Shown in pieces: positions 39,010-52,444 of a stretch of DNA of 64,000 nt. Source of the DNA: Octopus vulgaris. Taxonomy: Eukaryota. Each line of letters opens with the position of its first letter. Position 1 is the stretch's first letter. The notes beneath the pieces are model-generated. The model searched no databases and was not told the origin of the DNA. It saw only the letters and a list, made by a program, of their open reading frames with translations. Location: the NCBI GenBank assembly GCA_951406725.2, contig OX597833.1:69378001-69442000 (forward strand), written 5' to 3'. The translations under genes were made by a program, and so were the position numbers.

Positions 39010-40150
39010 CCACCGAATATGTTCACCAGAAACATCACCGTTGCCTCTAAAATATATTACCTGAAATTCTTCATCGAAAAACCAAGACAGTGTTGGCGAA
39101 AAATGAGGCAGCAGAGATATTTTGGGACAAAGATTTATCTGAAATACAAGAAGAGAATATGTATTTATTAAGACGAAAGTACCAACTATGCAAGAGGGAC
39201 TTGAAGCAATTTGAAACAGATTTCGTCATTCTGGTAAAATATCTGTTTTTTAGAAATGCCGAAGCAACGCCGAATCTGCATTATACAAAAATTTAAGATT
39301 ATTACATAATTTAAAACATCGAAAATCTTTGTATTTAAAGAACAAAGCATATAACAAAAGATTGCCAAATATTAGTAATATCTAAATAAATCGCGGTAGA
39401 ACACATAAAACGGCATAAACCCAAAGAAATTGGCTCTACATTTAATATAGATGACAGAATCGAATGATTAGCCGCTAGCACAGAACTTAAAGATCACAAA
39501 GATTTGGTTTTTCTTTTGTTTTTCTACCGATTATTGAATATGATTAATCAACGCTGGGAAAACTTTAATTAGGGATAGTTATGAAGCATAAACTCCTGTT
39601 ATAATTAGAATCACAAAAGTAATCTCTGCTCAATTATGGAACCATAGTAAATCCTTAATAGAATGGTTTAGTTGTATTATTGGCAAGCAACACTGCAAAT
39701 TTACCTGGTTTTCTATAATAAATAGAAATTATGCTTCCATAACTAAATCTCCTCTCAAAACGTTGCCTTCGCCAGCAGCATTGCACAAACCACTAAAAAT
39801 TATATAATTTTATACGTAAGAAAATTTAATTTTCCATAAATAGGCAGAAAGAAATATGGAGACCAATTCTTTAAAATTTGTCTGAGAACATACGATGAGC
39901 GGAATTTTGCAGAATCATCAAAACTTATATTTCATTCTTTCTTCAATAATATTTTCTACATTATGAAATGTTCTTTAGAATGCCGACGTTTTTTTGGTTT
40001 TCCTTTTACTTACAAAGATTGCCAAGATTTCCAAAATTTTATTTCTTTCCCTAATTCTGAATTGATTATAAATATTCTAAGATCAACTGAAAAATTGACG
40101 TCTCAAAATGATAACAAGATTCTCTCTACTTCCTATCATTGAATTGCGCC
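39010..40150 (+). pseudogene. Highly degraded Penelope-like element ORF (N-terminus plus start of RT)
   Basis: Stitched frames: NITVASKIYYLKFFIEK; DLKQFETDFVILVKYLFFR; FNIDDRIE*LA..ELKDHKD; LWNHSKSLIEWF..IIGKQHCKF..F.I...YASITK; FKICLRTYDE. These are collinear with remembered PLE motifs (NIP..YL..LIEK, LK.FE.DL..LVK.I.FR, IDDRIE..TLKDHK, QW.NS..VIEWF, FDI..FYPSI, FDVTMGSYDG). Confidence 0.7.
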
Positions 40151-40464
40151 AATGTATGAGCAAACTACACTGGGACTTTTTACCATGGAACAGAGTATAG
40201 ATAAAATCTGAGATGCATTTGTTTAAAGTAACTGGGAAAATGTGAATAACCCGCAGTTATCGGGTGTCATACAAATGAATATACGTCAACAAAAATAAAA
40301 CTGAATCATTTGTGACAGGATTTGGTAAGCTGCGTCTGGATAGAAACCCGTCGAATGATATTTGTATATGGGTTCTGTAAGTGTGGTGATATCTTTTATA
40401 TTTTGCCCCTTCCTCTGTTACCAAAGAAAAAAATGGGTTTTGTTTTAGTTGCATCTGTGTAATG

Positions 40465-40605
40465 TAGTGGTTCGGCAAAATATACTGATAGAATAAGTGC
40501 TAGACTTTAAAAATACGTACTGGGATCTGTTGTTCTTCCGAAACCTTTCAGTATCGTGCTGTAGCATGGTCGCAATGCAGTGAATGAAACAAGCGAAATA
40601 TAAAT
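40465..40605 (+). mobile_element. 3' part of SINE family B, degenerate
   Basis: GGTTCGGCAAAA...GATAGAATAAGTGCTAG...GTGCTGTAGCATGGTCGCAATGCAGTGAATGAAACAAG. Confidence 0.7.
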
Positions 40606-40974
40606 GAGAAAGAAATATTTCCTTTTCTCTGATACAATATATGGTTATATTTCCTGACCTTTCTGTGTATAACACTATTCAAACACCATTGTTTGTGTTT
40701 CGTATGTGTGCAGAATCAACCCTCCATTAGATATCATATCATAGAATGATACGATGCGATGATTTATTGCATCGAATAACAGCAAACTTCATTTACCAGA
40801 GAAAGAGTTAAGCAATTAATCAGCCGAATGGCTAACATATTACAAACGTTGATTTGTGTAAGACCTGCGGTGATGTATTGTGAATTATTAATGTTTAGTT
40901 CCTGTTAAGCCTTAATCGACCGAAACGATAAGATACTTTGTAAGCGTATTTTTTTTAACTTCTCTGTTTCTGAT

Positions 40975-41390
40975 TTCATTCATTGGATTGGGGTTATGAC
41001 TGGGCAAGTGCCCTGAAGGGCTTAGTCGAACAAACCGAACACAGCTCTTACTTTTATAAGTACTGCCACATATTTCATAGGTTCTTTTGCAGAACCAATA
41101 AGTTACGGAGACCTAACAAAATCAACATGCGTTGTCACGTGATCGCTGGGGACAAACACACACTCACTCACACACTAACACACACTAACACACACACAAA
41201 CACCTACATACGTGTGTATGTGTGTATATGCTACAAACTTCTTTCAGTTTCTATTTACCGAATACACTCACAAGGCTTTGGTCGGCTCTGGAATGGTAGA
41301 AAACAATTGTCCAAAGTGCCATGCCGTGGGAATGAACCCAAGACATCATTATTAAAAAAGCAAGCTTCTTAACGACACATCGATGCGTGC
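40975..41390 (-). mobile_element. Old full-length SINE family B
   Basis: GGGGACAAACAC(AC)n...CTTCTTTCAGTTTC..CACTCACAAGGCTTTGGTCGGC, the reverse complement of the B body. Confidence 0.75.
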
Positions 41391-41838
41391 GACTATGAAC
41401 AATATCAATCATAATTTATCTCTGATCATTATCCTATGTCCGCTCACGCCTTTTATTTTGTTTAAGTTTGTAAGATATGATCTGAGAGGGAAAGATTTGG
41501 TTACTGTTTACATCAAATTTAAGATTTACATCGACAATTATGAGGCTGCCCATTCACTTGTAGGTGTTTGTTCAGTTACTGTCATTGCCGCTGTACTTGG
41601 TATAGATTTTTTTACCCTGCATATATTGTTGCTGTTGGTTTTGTTTTAATCCCACCTGAAAAATCGTCTTGCAAACCACTGGTCACAGATTTTGCCAGTA
41701 GTCGCCCTCCTCTGAATTCGTATTGAGAAGATTGTCACCACTGGAAGACGTGAGGTTTAACAATTGAGAATATTTTGTTGTTATCTATAACTGGTTAAAT
41801 GCTTGCCCTCTAGTTTCCTGTTCTTTCATCCTATTCTA

Positions 41839-41913
<75 letters not shown>

Positions 41914-41949
41914 CATCGTCTTCCTCGTCGTCTGATTTAGGCAAAGTTG

Positions 41950-42095
41950 TCTGTTAGCTAATACCCTCGGCCCCGAAAGGATGAAAGAAAAGCTGACCCC
42001 ACCTGGAGTCAAACTCAGAATATAAAACGCCGGAACAAACGCAGCAAGTCATATTTTTCTCGATCATTTAACGATTCTGTCAATTCGTTGCCTTT
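41950..42095 (-). mobile_element. Degenerate SINE family A
   Basis: CCCCGAAAGGATGAAAG...AACTCAGAATATAAA...TAACGATTCTGTCA. Confidence 0.6.
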
Positions 42096-43830
42096 CATTG
42101 ACAATGAAATGCCATAGAATATAACCTTTATAGCGCGCATTTATTCGACGGAATACACGTCGTTCTGCGTATGTGTCCATCGTTTCACAACACAACTACT
42201 ACGAACAATTTACAAGCATGAAATTACAAGTGATTATATCGAAGTCTTCAATGCGCGTTCTTGAGAATTTATTTTATAGACCTATGAAGACTGAAAATCG
42301 AGAGGAGCCTCCAACACATATGTACCAAGAACGTGTCAAGTTTTCCCTCAAAGAATCATGCATGTAACTTTAATGTATTATTAATATATAATACCAATTA
42401 ATATTCAGTCATAGTGAGAACCTGTACATAGCTCTTAAACCTGAGAGTAATAGCCACTAGATCTCCCTCAAATTAAGCGCTACCATCATAAAAATGGACG
42501 CATTGGATGGTGCTACCCTGATTTCCAAGGACTTTAAAACTGGTGTTATACAGAATTAGAGTTACTTATTTAGTTCAATAAATTTTCGAGATTGGACTAA
42601 CTAAAGCAATCAATTCTTCAACCATTTAAGAGAGCCCCATTATGGGCTGATAAAATTTACAACCATCACATTCTATGATCTCAAAAAGCGAAGGATACAT
42701 GAATAATATATTCTCAGATATTATATGATAGCTCGAAAGTCAGTGTGATCGAACCTGGAAAGCCATTGTTAATGGAGAGTTGAGCTAGGGTTATAAATAG
42801 CAATAATTACCTAGCTATAAATCCGGAGCTTTGATCCTTCGACCTTCGGTAAACAGCAGTGCAGTATATCTCCTCGTCTAGAGATTTATTATTGCATACA
42901 ATACTGTTTTATAACTAGAAATGAAGACTTTTAGAATGTAGTAGTATATAGCCGTAAGTGGACAAACCTAGACAAAAACTTGGTTAGCGTTATCCTGAAG
43001 CTGAACAAAATAGCAATTATTGCACGATATCTACAGCTGCGTTTCTGATGTAGCGAAAGATTAAAATCTCTTATTACTTTGACAAGAACACATATGTGAT
43101 AGGAAATGATTGAAGGTCCTCATAACTTTGTGGACTCATATTTATAGGATAAAATCCAGAAAGAGAGGATCGATCTCCTAGTGAGCATCTGATTCGTCAA
43201 AATATAATAAAGGAGGAACCGTGGCGGTTTCAAATGAATTTCACTTTATTCTATATTTTACGGACGCAAACAATATATTGTGGAAGGAGTTTGCTGTTTT
43301 AGAAATATTCTTGATCGCCATCTTTAAACTAGTCTTGTCTATACATATTCAACCGCAAGACGCATTTTGGTACTCTTTCTGAAGTAAGGGTTCCATAACA
43401 AAGCGACTGGTAGTTTCCATACCAAAATGGCAGATATCTTATTTTGTGGTATCGGCATTAATTACGTCTTCGTTCTTGTAGTTAATTAAGTCTCCTTATT
43501 TTTACTATGCTTAGATACAAACAAAAATGGCGATTAAGATTGTTTGATTTGAACAGACTAAGACAAATTCCTCGAAACCCAGATCCGGCAGACAATAATA
43601 AATATTATCAGTTTACAACTGTTGTGGCTTTGGTCGTTGCTGCAGCTGGTTTGTTGTTGTTGCTTTTGTTGTTGTTGTCGTTGTAGAGCCTTGAATCAGT
43701 TGTGTTCCAGCCGAGTCATCATTTTAATTCCAGAACTATTATTACATGCTAATTTAATTAATAGGGATAATACCAATCTCAAGATTATGATGATGATGAT
43801 GATCATCATCATCATCATCATCATCATCAT

Positions 43831-44047
43831 ACTCTTTACTCTTTTACTCTTTTACTCGTTTCAGTCATTTGACTGCGGCCATGCTGGAGCACCGCCTTTA
43901 GTCGAGCAAATCGACCCCAGGACTTATTCTTTGTAAGCCCAGTACTTATTATATCGGTCTCTTTTGCCGAACCGCTAAGTGACGGGGACGTAAACACACC
44001 AGCATCGGTTGTCAAGCAATGCTAGGGGGACAAACACAGACACACAA

Positions 44048-44096
<49 letters not shown>

Positions 44097-44253
44097 TACG
44101 ACAGGCTTCTTTCAGTTTCCGTCTACCAAATCCACTCACAAGGCATTGATCGGCCCGGGGCTATAGCAGAAGACACTTGCGCAAGATTCCACGTAGTGGG
44201 ACTGAACCCGGAACCATGTGGTTGGTTAGCAAGCTACTTACCACACAGCCACT

Positions 44254-44254
<1 letters not shown>
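43831..44254 (-). mobile_element. Full-length SINE family B
   Basis: Near-identical reverse complement of 33145-33560, sitting between (CAT)n and (ATT)n arrays. Confidence 0.95.
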
Positions 44255-44323
<69 letters not shown>

Positions 44324-45869
44324 TATTATTACTATTATTATTGTTGTTGTTGTTGTTGTTGTGGTTGTTGTGGTTGTTATTATTACGTTCGACGCTTTTT
44401 ATGGCCACTACCTATTGAATTATATTACACATCGAGTTTTTTTCCCACCGTTAAGACGCCACTGAGGACGTTCGACGGAGATTTGGTTGTTATTTCCGTT
44501 ATGTTCAGCGAGTATACAGGGCTTCCTCGCTGGATCATGCATTAACAACAACATTCCTGTGACTGAATATTTATTAGCCGAGCAACAATTATTGTCTCGC
44601 GTTTCAAATATAATTGATGATTTAATGATGTGATCATATTTAACAGACAACTAAACTTTATTGTGTAACATGAGGGAATAAAGATATCCACCGATGCAAT
44701 ATTGTTGGCAAATAAAAACGCAAACGTCTTGAAATTATAATTACATTTCTATTTAATTCATAATTAATATCTAACTATATTATTATGGAATTTAATGTTA
44801 GCTGTCTCGCATCACAGAAGACCGGGCTTTGAAATCTTTTGAGCAGTAGTGGGAGGAATAATACGAATTAAATCCACTCAGGCCACATCTTAATTGCGGT
44901 CTTGCCTATTACTTTACAAATGGATTACCTCCATCTTCTCATAATGAATTCTGATTCCACCTAATTTACTTTGAATATTTATATTCCAAAGGGACATTAG
45001 AAACTGACTGAAGTAAGTTAGCACTGGTGCTAAATAGGTGCTTGATACGAATAATGTTTAAAATTCAATGACAGACGTAGTTGACCTGTGGTGATGGAGT
45101 TCAGATTCCCGATTTAAAAGTACTACGTCATGAACTGCGTCAGTTGCTCCGCCTTCTGCTTTTCACTGACACTTCACTATCAAATTGCATTGCTGTAAAT
45201 ATGTGAATGGTTGAACCTTGGCTCAGTATATTAATCAATAGGAAAACTGTTTAATTAACGAGGGTTCCTCGTTAGCATTCAGTGCTCTAGTCTGGTGTCA
45301 CTTTATGAATTGCCCCAACGCGATAGTGCTTGGTTTAGGCCCATGTTATGCGTGACTGATTTAACACATATATGCTACAGAGAGATAAAATATGTTACAT
45401 AGCTATCCGAAAACAAACGGCGTATGAGAATCAACAATACCAGTAATCATTTCGGTAAGATGCAAACATGTAACTAAATATCACTTTCTTCCTTTACTCT
45501 CCGTTAAATGCACATCCGGTGGTGAATTATCTTCTAAAAATAGTGACGTAGGAAAATTTTCGATGCAAAGCGCATGGTGGTGTGGAACTCGGGGCGCTAA
45601 CAGGTATACAGTATAGGTATGTATGCAATATATGTAGGTATATTCTTAATGTTAGGTTAAACTTGATCTGCTTTCGAAACAATCGTAGGTTCCAACAGCA
45701 ACATCGATTTCCTTCATTTACAAATCTGGTTATCGCATCGCAAGCAATGTCTGATACTTTCAAAATTGAGTTGTATATCACCTCTCATCTTATCAGAATT
45801 TTCTGTTAAATTTCGATATAGGATGAACTCTATTTGATTATTTGATGCGTTGGTAAATTAAATTTACTT

Positions 45870-46222
45870 ATCAATTATCGAGTCTTCTACAGCCCAAATT
45901 TAAGTCTTCCAGATTCACCTGATTGTAATTCCATGGATTATTATGTGTAGCACATGGCTAAGAAAGACACAAATCGCTCGCTTGGTGCTGGGTAAGATAA
46001 ATATGTTGAAAGACCTTTCTAGGGGCACAATAGGGAACGCTTGCACTAGATTCTGGAGCCTTCTTGAGGACGTGGTGGATGCTGAGGGTGTCTCCTTTCA
46101 GTAATCTCCCAGCCATAATCAAGGTAACATATTTTGTTATTTTAAAGAATTTTAGTTTGCATGAATTGTTGTGACTGCTTTTTCTCTTTAGCCAAAGTGT
46201 CAAAGTTCGACAGAACACCCTG
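45870..46222 (+). mobile_element. 3' remnant of a Tc1/mariner-superfamily (maT/DD37D-like) transposon
   Basis: LPDSPDCNSMDYYV*..KKDTN ... GNACTRFWSLLEDVVDAEG (SPDLNPLDY motif and C-terminus). Right TIR GTGTCAAAGTTCGACAGAACACCCTG (rc CAGGGTG...). Confidence 0.75.
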
Positions 46223-46538
46223 CAGTACATTGCCATTTATGCGTATATATATATATGTATACACACACATACATATATATATATATATAGATAGATAGAT
46301 ATATATATACACCCATCCTGGCACAACCAAAACAATACCACAAAATATGCCTTCTTAAGAACGTTAGTTGAAAGGACCAATAATACAAAATCATTTTCAA
46401 ATGTGTATCTATCAAAGTAATTGTATATTTATGTATATAACCTTATTTAGTTCCATTCGAAACAAACCTGTCCGGTAAACGGAAACGTGAGACTCTGGGC
46501 AACAAATTTTGTTATATCTTTGCTGCTTTTTAATAAAG

Positions 46539-46619
<81 letters not shown>

Positions 46620-47723
46620 CTGTGTCTGGGTATTTCTCCATATAGAAGTGTGTCTGTGTATTACTCCATATACAACTGCGTGTGTGTATGTAAAACATGT
46701 TTATGCATATGTTTGTATGTATATATAAATGGATGTATGTATAAGACAATCATCTTAATGGCTGATATCTTTAAAGTTCAGCTCGTAGAATCTGGGCCAA
46801 CCGCAGCCTATATTTAAAAACAACCTGGCGAACGCACCAAAGAAATTTGTGCAGTGAACTCATTAGATCCGCAATATTCCCTACAACTAAATATCTTCCT
46901 TTAATGTTTGGCCCTATATGGTCTATTACTATGTCAGAATTCACCATTTTATTGCTACAACCGATTAACAATTACGTTTTCGTGAGAATAGACGCAAAGA
47001 AAAATATGAGCATTTTCTACTACGTCTACTGCGCCAATTTACATGTATCTTTTAAGCATTCCAATTAAATAAATAATGACTGAATGCTTGCCAATAAAGA
47101 ATGTTTTTCCAAAATGTTTTCTCCAGTTCAAACGCTCCATTAATTAACAAATATACGCGATGTTTTGCCACTTCAGAGGAATGGCATATTATTCGCGAGA
47201 ACTACGAACACGTCAGAATTATTTAAACTTTAACACTAAAACTAATTACGGTTTTAGTAGTTGATTATATACACATAATGATTGCAGTACTTAGGACCGA
47301 TGCATTCATTTACCTAATTAGTTAACACTGGTAATACATTATTAAATATGATGTCTAACTTCAAAAAAGAACACATATACATGCAGAAAGCTAAGAAAAA
47401 TGTCTGCACAAACTTTTCAACAAAGGTAAAAGTATGTTGAGTGAATATTATACATAGGTATACAGCTTTTCTTGTTTCCATCAGTGGAGAGCGGCAATGT
47501 TGTTGGAATACTGCTTTGTATTATGAGACAAACAAATCAACTCCGTTAGTAATTTTAATAGGAGAACTTATTCTGTGGGTCTCTTTCGACGACCTGCTAA
47601 GTTACGGGACTTATATAGAAACATCGGTTGTTAAATAGTTGGGAAACATACAGCATCACAAACAGACGTACATATACAAGCACACCCATACAAATATGTA
47701 TGTACATATGTGTATGTATATAC

Positions 47724-47768
<45 letters not shown>

Positions 47769-48166
47769 GAGATAGAAGGGTAGACAGAGACGTAGATAGA
47801 TAGATAGGGAGAGAGAGATACATACATACATACAAACATACATACATATATATATACATACATACATATATACATACATACATACATACATACATACATA
47901 CATACATACACATCCGTTAATCGCACTTCAATTATTATTTAATTAACAAGACATATGTAAAAAAGAAAAAGAGAATTATAAACATCGCGGATAGGCAAAG
48001 GATTGCCCCGAGGTTGTAGAAATTATTTCCATCTCTCTCCGAATATTTATTAAGTTTTTAATATCTACTATGTCTTTATAGATACGTATGAATATTTAAA
48101 TTTTGTTATTCTTAGTAACGTATATATATATATGTGTGTGTGTGTGTGTTGTGCGTACACACATAT

Positions 48167-48233
<67 letters not shown>

Positions 48234-48364
48234 CATATATTTGAATATATGTGAGTGTATGTATGTATATCATTGTTTAGTTTTATTTCAAGATTCCTTA
48301 CCAATAGAGAAAAAGGCTCTTTTCATTAAAATTTCAGCATCAACAACAGGGTATTTTTATTGGC

Positions 48365-49590
48365 ATGTATGTATGTATGTATGTATGTATGTATGTATGT
48401 ATGTATGTATGTATGTATGTATGCATGTATGTATGTATGCATGCATGTATGTATGTATGGTATGTATGTATGTATGTAAGTGTGTATGTATGTATGGTCT
48501 GTATGTATGTATGTATGTATGTATGTATGTATGTATGTATGCATGTATGTATGTATACATGCATGTATGTATGTATGGTATGTATGTATGTGAGTGTGTA
48601 TGTATGTATGGTCTGTATGTATGTATGGTATGCATGTATGTATGTATGTATGTATGCATGTATGTATGTATGTATGTATGTATGTGTGTATGGTATGCAT
48701 GCATATATGTATGCCTGGTATGTATATATGTATGTATGCATGTACGTATGAATGCATGTATGTATGGTATGTATGTATGTATGTATGTGTGTATGTATGT
48801 ATGTATGTATGTATGTATGTATGTATGCATGTATGTAAGTATGTATGTATGTATGTATGCATGTATGTATGTATGTATGTTTGTATGGTATGTATGTATG
48901 TATGTATGCATGCATGTATGTATGTATGTATGTTTGTATGGTATGTATGTATGTATGTATGCATGCATGTATGTATGTATGAATGTATGTATGTATGTAT
49001 GTATGTATGTATGTATGTATGTATGTTTGTATGGTATGTATGTATGTATGTATGCATGTATGTATGTATGTTTGTATGTATGGTTGTATGTATGTATGCA
49101 TGCATGTATGTATGTATGTATGTATGTATGTATGTATGTATGTATGATTGTATGTATGGTATGCATGCATGTATGTATGTATGTATGCATGTATGTATGT
49201 ATGTATGTATGAATGTATGTATGTATGTATGTATGCATGTATGTATGTATGTTTGTATGTATGGTTGTATGTATGTATGCATGCATGCATGTATGTATGT
49301 ATGTATGTTTGTATGTATGGTATGCATGCATGCGTGTATGTATGTATGCATGTATGTATGTATGTATGCATTTATGTATGTATGTATGTATGTATGTATG
49401 TATGTATGCATGTATGTATGTATGTATGTATGTTTGTATGTATGATATGTATGTATGCATGTATGTATGTATGTTTATATGTATGTTTGTATGTATGTAT
49501 GTATGTATGTATGTATGTTTGTATGTATGGTATGCATGCATGCATGTATGTATGTATGTATGTATGTATGTATGTATGTACGTATGTATG
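48365..49590. repeat. ~1.2-kb (TATG)n array with CATG, TTTG and TGG variants
   Basis: Directly visible; all 280-420 aa ORFs here are repeat artefacts. Confidence 0.98.
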
Positions 49591-49736
49591 TGCAGATTTG
49601 TGTGTTTTATGTATGTATTCTCATGCATATACTTCCATATCCAGACATGCTCATATATATCTAAATGAAAATTTTACAGATTTGTTACAGTTCCAGTGAT
49701 GGATTCGAGCTGTAGGCTTCGAATCAGCTTTCTCAT

Positions 49737-50368
49737 TGGAAGGAACGTGTGTAGCGTATGATCGTCGCATTAAACACGACAGAAAAAGCTGTCATGATAC
49801 ATGCTCAGAGCCCTATACAAAGTTGCAGAAATCGTATGGAGAGGAGTGTATGAGTCGCAAATAAGCGAACGAGTGATTCACACGTTTCCAAGATGCTTTG
49901 AATCACCACTCGTGAGTGATCAGAGGAACTGCAGGTAAGTTACGGCCCAGTTCAGTCGATTATCACTGAAGCTTTGGGTATGAGACACGTGTCTGCGAAG
50001 TTTGTGCCAAAACTGCTTTCATCTGATCGAAAAAACACTCGGATTTCAGTTGCACAAGAATTCCTTTATTGTGTCGAGAACGATGAAAACCTTTTGAAAG
50101 CTTTACGTAGGCCTCTGAGCAGGTATCGCCAGGCTTTTGGCAAAATTTGATTCTCTGCTCAACTTTCCCAGTCATCTTCAATGCGAGGATAACACGCTAC
50201 ACACGTTCCTTCGAAGTACTGCTGTAAACAGCGGAGATGCGGTAGAGCGCTACAACGTAGCGTGCTGTCACAGCTGAGCTCAAGGTTAATCTGTACCAAG
50301 CGGCTATATTTTAAGTGCTTTAGTTTCGTTACTATGGTAACAGTCCGGATACTTATTGATCAGACTAC
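49737..50368. mobile_element. Rearranged mariner relic: plus-strand transposase N-terminal fragments followed by an inverted 5' end with TIR
   Basis: Plus strand: DTCSEPYTKLQKSYGEECMSR and SEELQVSYGPVQSIITEALGMRHVSAKFVPKLLS. Minus strand (50100-50368): MKMTGKVEQRIKFCQKPGDTCSEAY and TIR-like GTCTGATCAATAAGTATCCGGACTG. Confidence 0.85.
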
Positions 50369-50460
50369 ACACAGTGTAATAGAAATAGTGTCTATGTATG
50401 CTGCATACTTATATAATACTTATATAATACATACTTCCATATATTTATATATATATATAT

Positions 50461-50770
50461 CACCGTGATCACCGTGACTGACCAGGCCATCAGATGTTGT
50501 TACACATCGCTGGTCACAATGCGCTTCACATTGTTTTAGCCTTCAAATGACGCCACCCCGCTTGGCTAAGCGAGCAGGCCAACAGAAGAAAGAGTGAGAG
50601 AAAGTCGTGGCGAAAGAGTACAGCAGGGATCGCCACCATCCCCTGCCGGAGCCTCGTGGAGCTCTTTAGGTGTTTTCGCTCAATAAACACTCACAACGCC
50701 CGGTCTGGGAATCGAAACCGCGATCCTACAACCGCGAGTCCGCTGCCCTAACCACTAGGCCATTGCGCCT

Positions 50771-50772
<2 letters not shown>
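50461..50772 (-). mobile_element. tRNA SINE with a family C head and a different 3' tail
   Basis: The reverse-complement head is nearly identical to 25902-26085. The tail (...CTCGCTTAGCCAAGCGGGGTGGCGTCATTTGAAGGC...GTCACGGTGATCACGGTG) is unrelated to the 26.1-26.3 kb tail. Confidence 0.92.
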
Positions 50773-50863
<91 letters not shown>

Positions 50864-52444
50864 CATACTTCCATATATTTATATATATTTATATATATTT
50901 ATATATATTTATATATATATATATGCATGCATCCACACAGAAGCACATTATGTTTACACATCTATTTTTTTTAATATATATTAACCCGAATTAATGATAA
51001 ACAATATATTGCCCATTCGCCGATTACCGAATGAAGTAAATTAAATTATAAGAAAATAAAAGATATGAGGTTACAGAATTAACGCGTGGATTATGTATGG
51101 TTGATATTCCCGTCATATCCACTTACTTAAGCTTCCTTTCTGCTAATCATGATATCATATAGAACGTTCTAATTAGGTTTGTAGAGGCCATATTTCTATT
51201 TAACCGATGTTGCGCTTAAGACTCTTAACGATATTAACGATACACGATGTCAAAATATTCAGGAGATTACGAATACGTTTTAAGGATTATGCTACATGTT
51301 CATTTACAGCGAAGAGGAAGCAGAATGTTTTGGAACATGTGGAATTAAAGAATCAAAGCAATTATAGATTTTCTGCTAAATATTTATATACTCAAAGTAC
51401 TCACCGAAAAAAAGAAAAAAAGAAAATTCTGTCAAAGTGTCGTTTTGTTATCATTCTGTCTTCTTTATCGGTGAATTATAACCAGAGGCTTTCATTTCAA
51501 CGCGAAGTATGGATCACCACCTGGAAGCGTTGACTGAGTTAGCTGGGCCATGTGACAAGTATCTCGGCGCCCATGTGATAAGTATCTCGGAAGTAATGAT
51601 GCAAGTTGAGATCGCATGATGAACTGGTAGCAGACAATTGGCAGGAACCGTCGGTTTATAAATGTACGATTGGTCTATGTACAGATGGAGGCTGCAAAAA
51701 TACGAGTTTGTTCTATTTACGAATGAGAATCTAAAATTAATTTATTGATTGCATGAAGTACATATTAGCAGGCTAAGGACTCAATACGACTCTGGCTTTC
51801 TACACACTCCTTTAGCTTCTCCGGTCATTTCAGATTCAGAATGCTGTACTCCAGGGTATAGAGTACTACGCCGCGTTGAGAGATGTTGAATAATATATTC
51901 CCAAATAAACAGCTCTGAGTTACGTGTTTTCAACGATGCTTTAAGTGCGAATTTGCATGCGAAATAAGGTCGTCAACAAGAAAATCGTCACCAATAACTT
52001 GTACAACAGCGGCAGTCACAAAGAAGGGTGTAAAACATCCTGAAGGGTTCAGACCAACCTGTCAGAATAAATGAGGTTGCGTATGGTGTCTTCAATGAAA
52101 GCGTACATGAAATAAAGAGTAAAATGTTTACTTTCCAAATCGCTTAATGTGTTCTCTTTTTGTAGATTCGATCTGTAGATAGCCTGATATTTCGCTGTAG
52201 ATTGCAAATGGATGTAAAGCAATTTAGATATAAAATAAAATGGGTTTGAAAATGATTTCGTGATCAGGTTTAATAACTGCCTTGCAACATTCATTTATGC
52301 TACAGAATTTTATACATAAAAATGTCATTTTATGCAAACACAATTATTTGAATTTCACTTACAGAATCTAAATATTTAATAATTTTGAATTTTAAATGAA
52401 CAGATATATATTTTATCATGGTATCTGCAATAACGCCCTCGACA

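Noticed and set aside
46771-46971. ORF with DHIGP..GRYLVV, faintly integrase-like
   Set aside because: A single weak motif with no other collinear integrase features.
48103-49699. Overlapping 280-420 aa ORFs (MYVC/HTYI repeats)
   Set aside because: Translations of the (TATG)n array in multiple frames on both strands.
51548-51590. Direct repeat CCATGTGAYAAGTATCTCGG, two copies
   Set aside because: Simple local tandem duplication with no further copies or associated structure.
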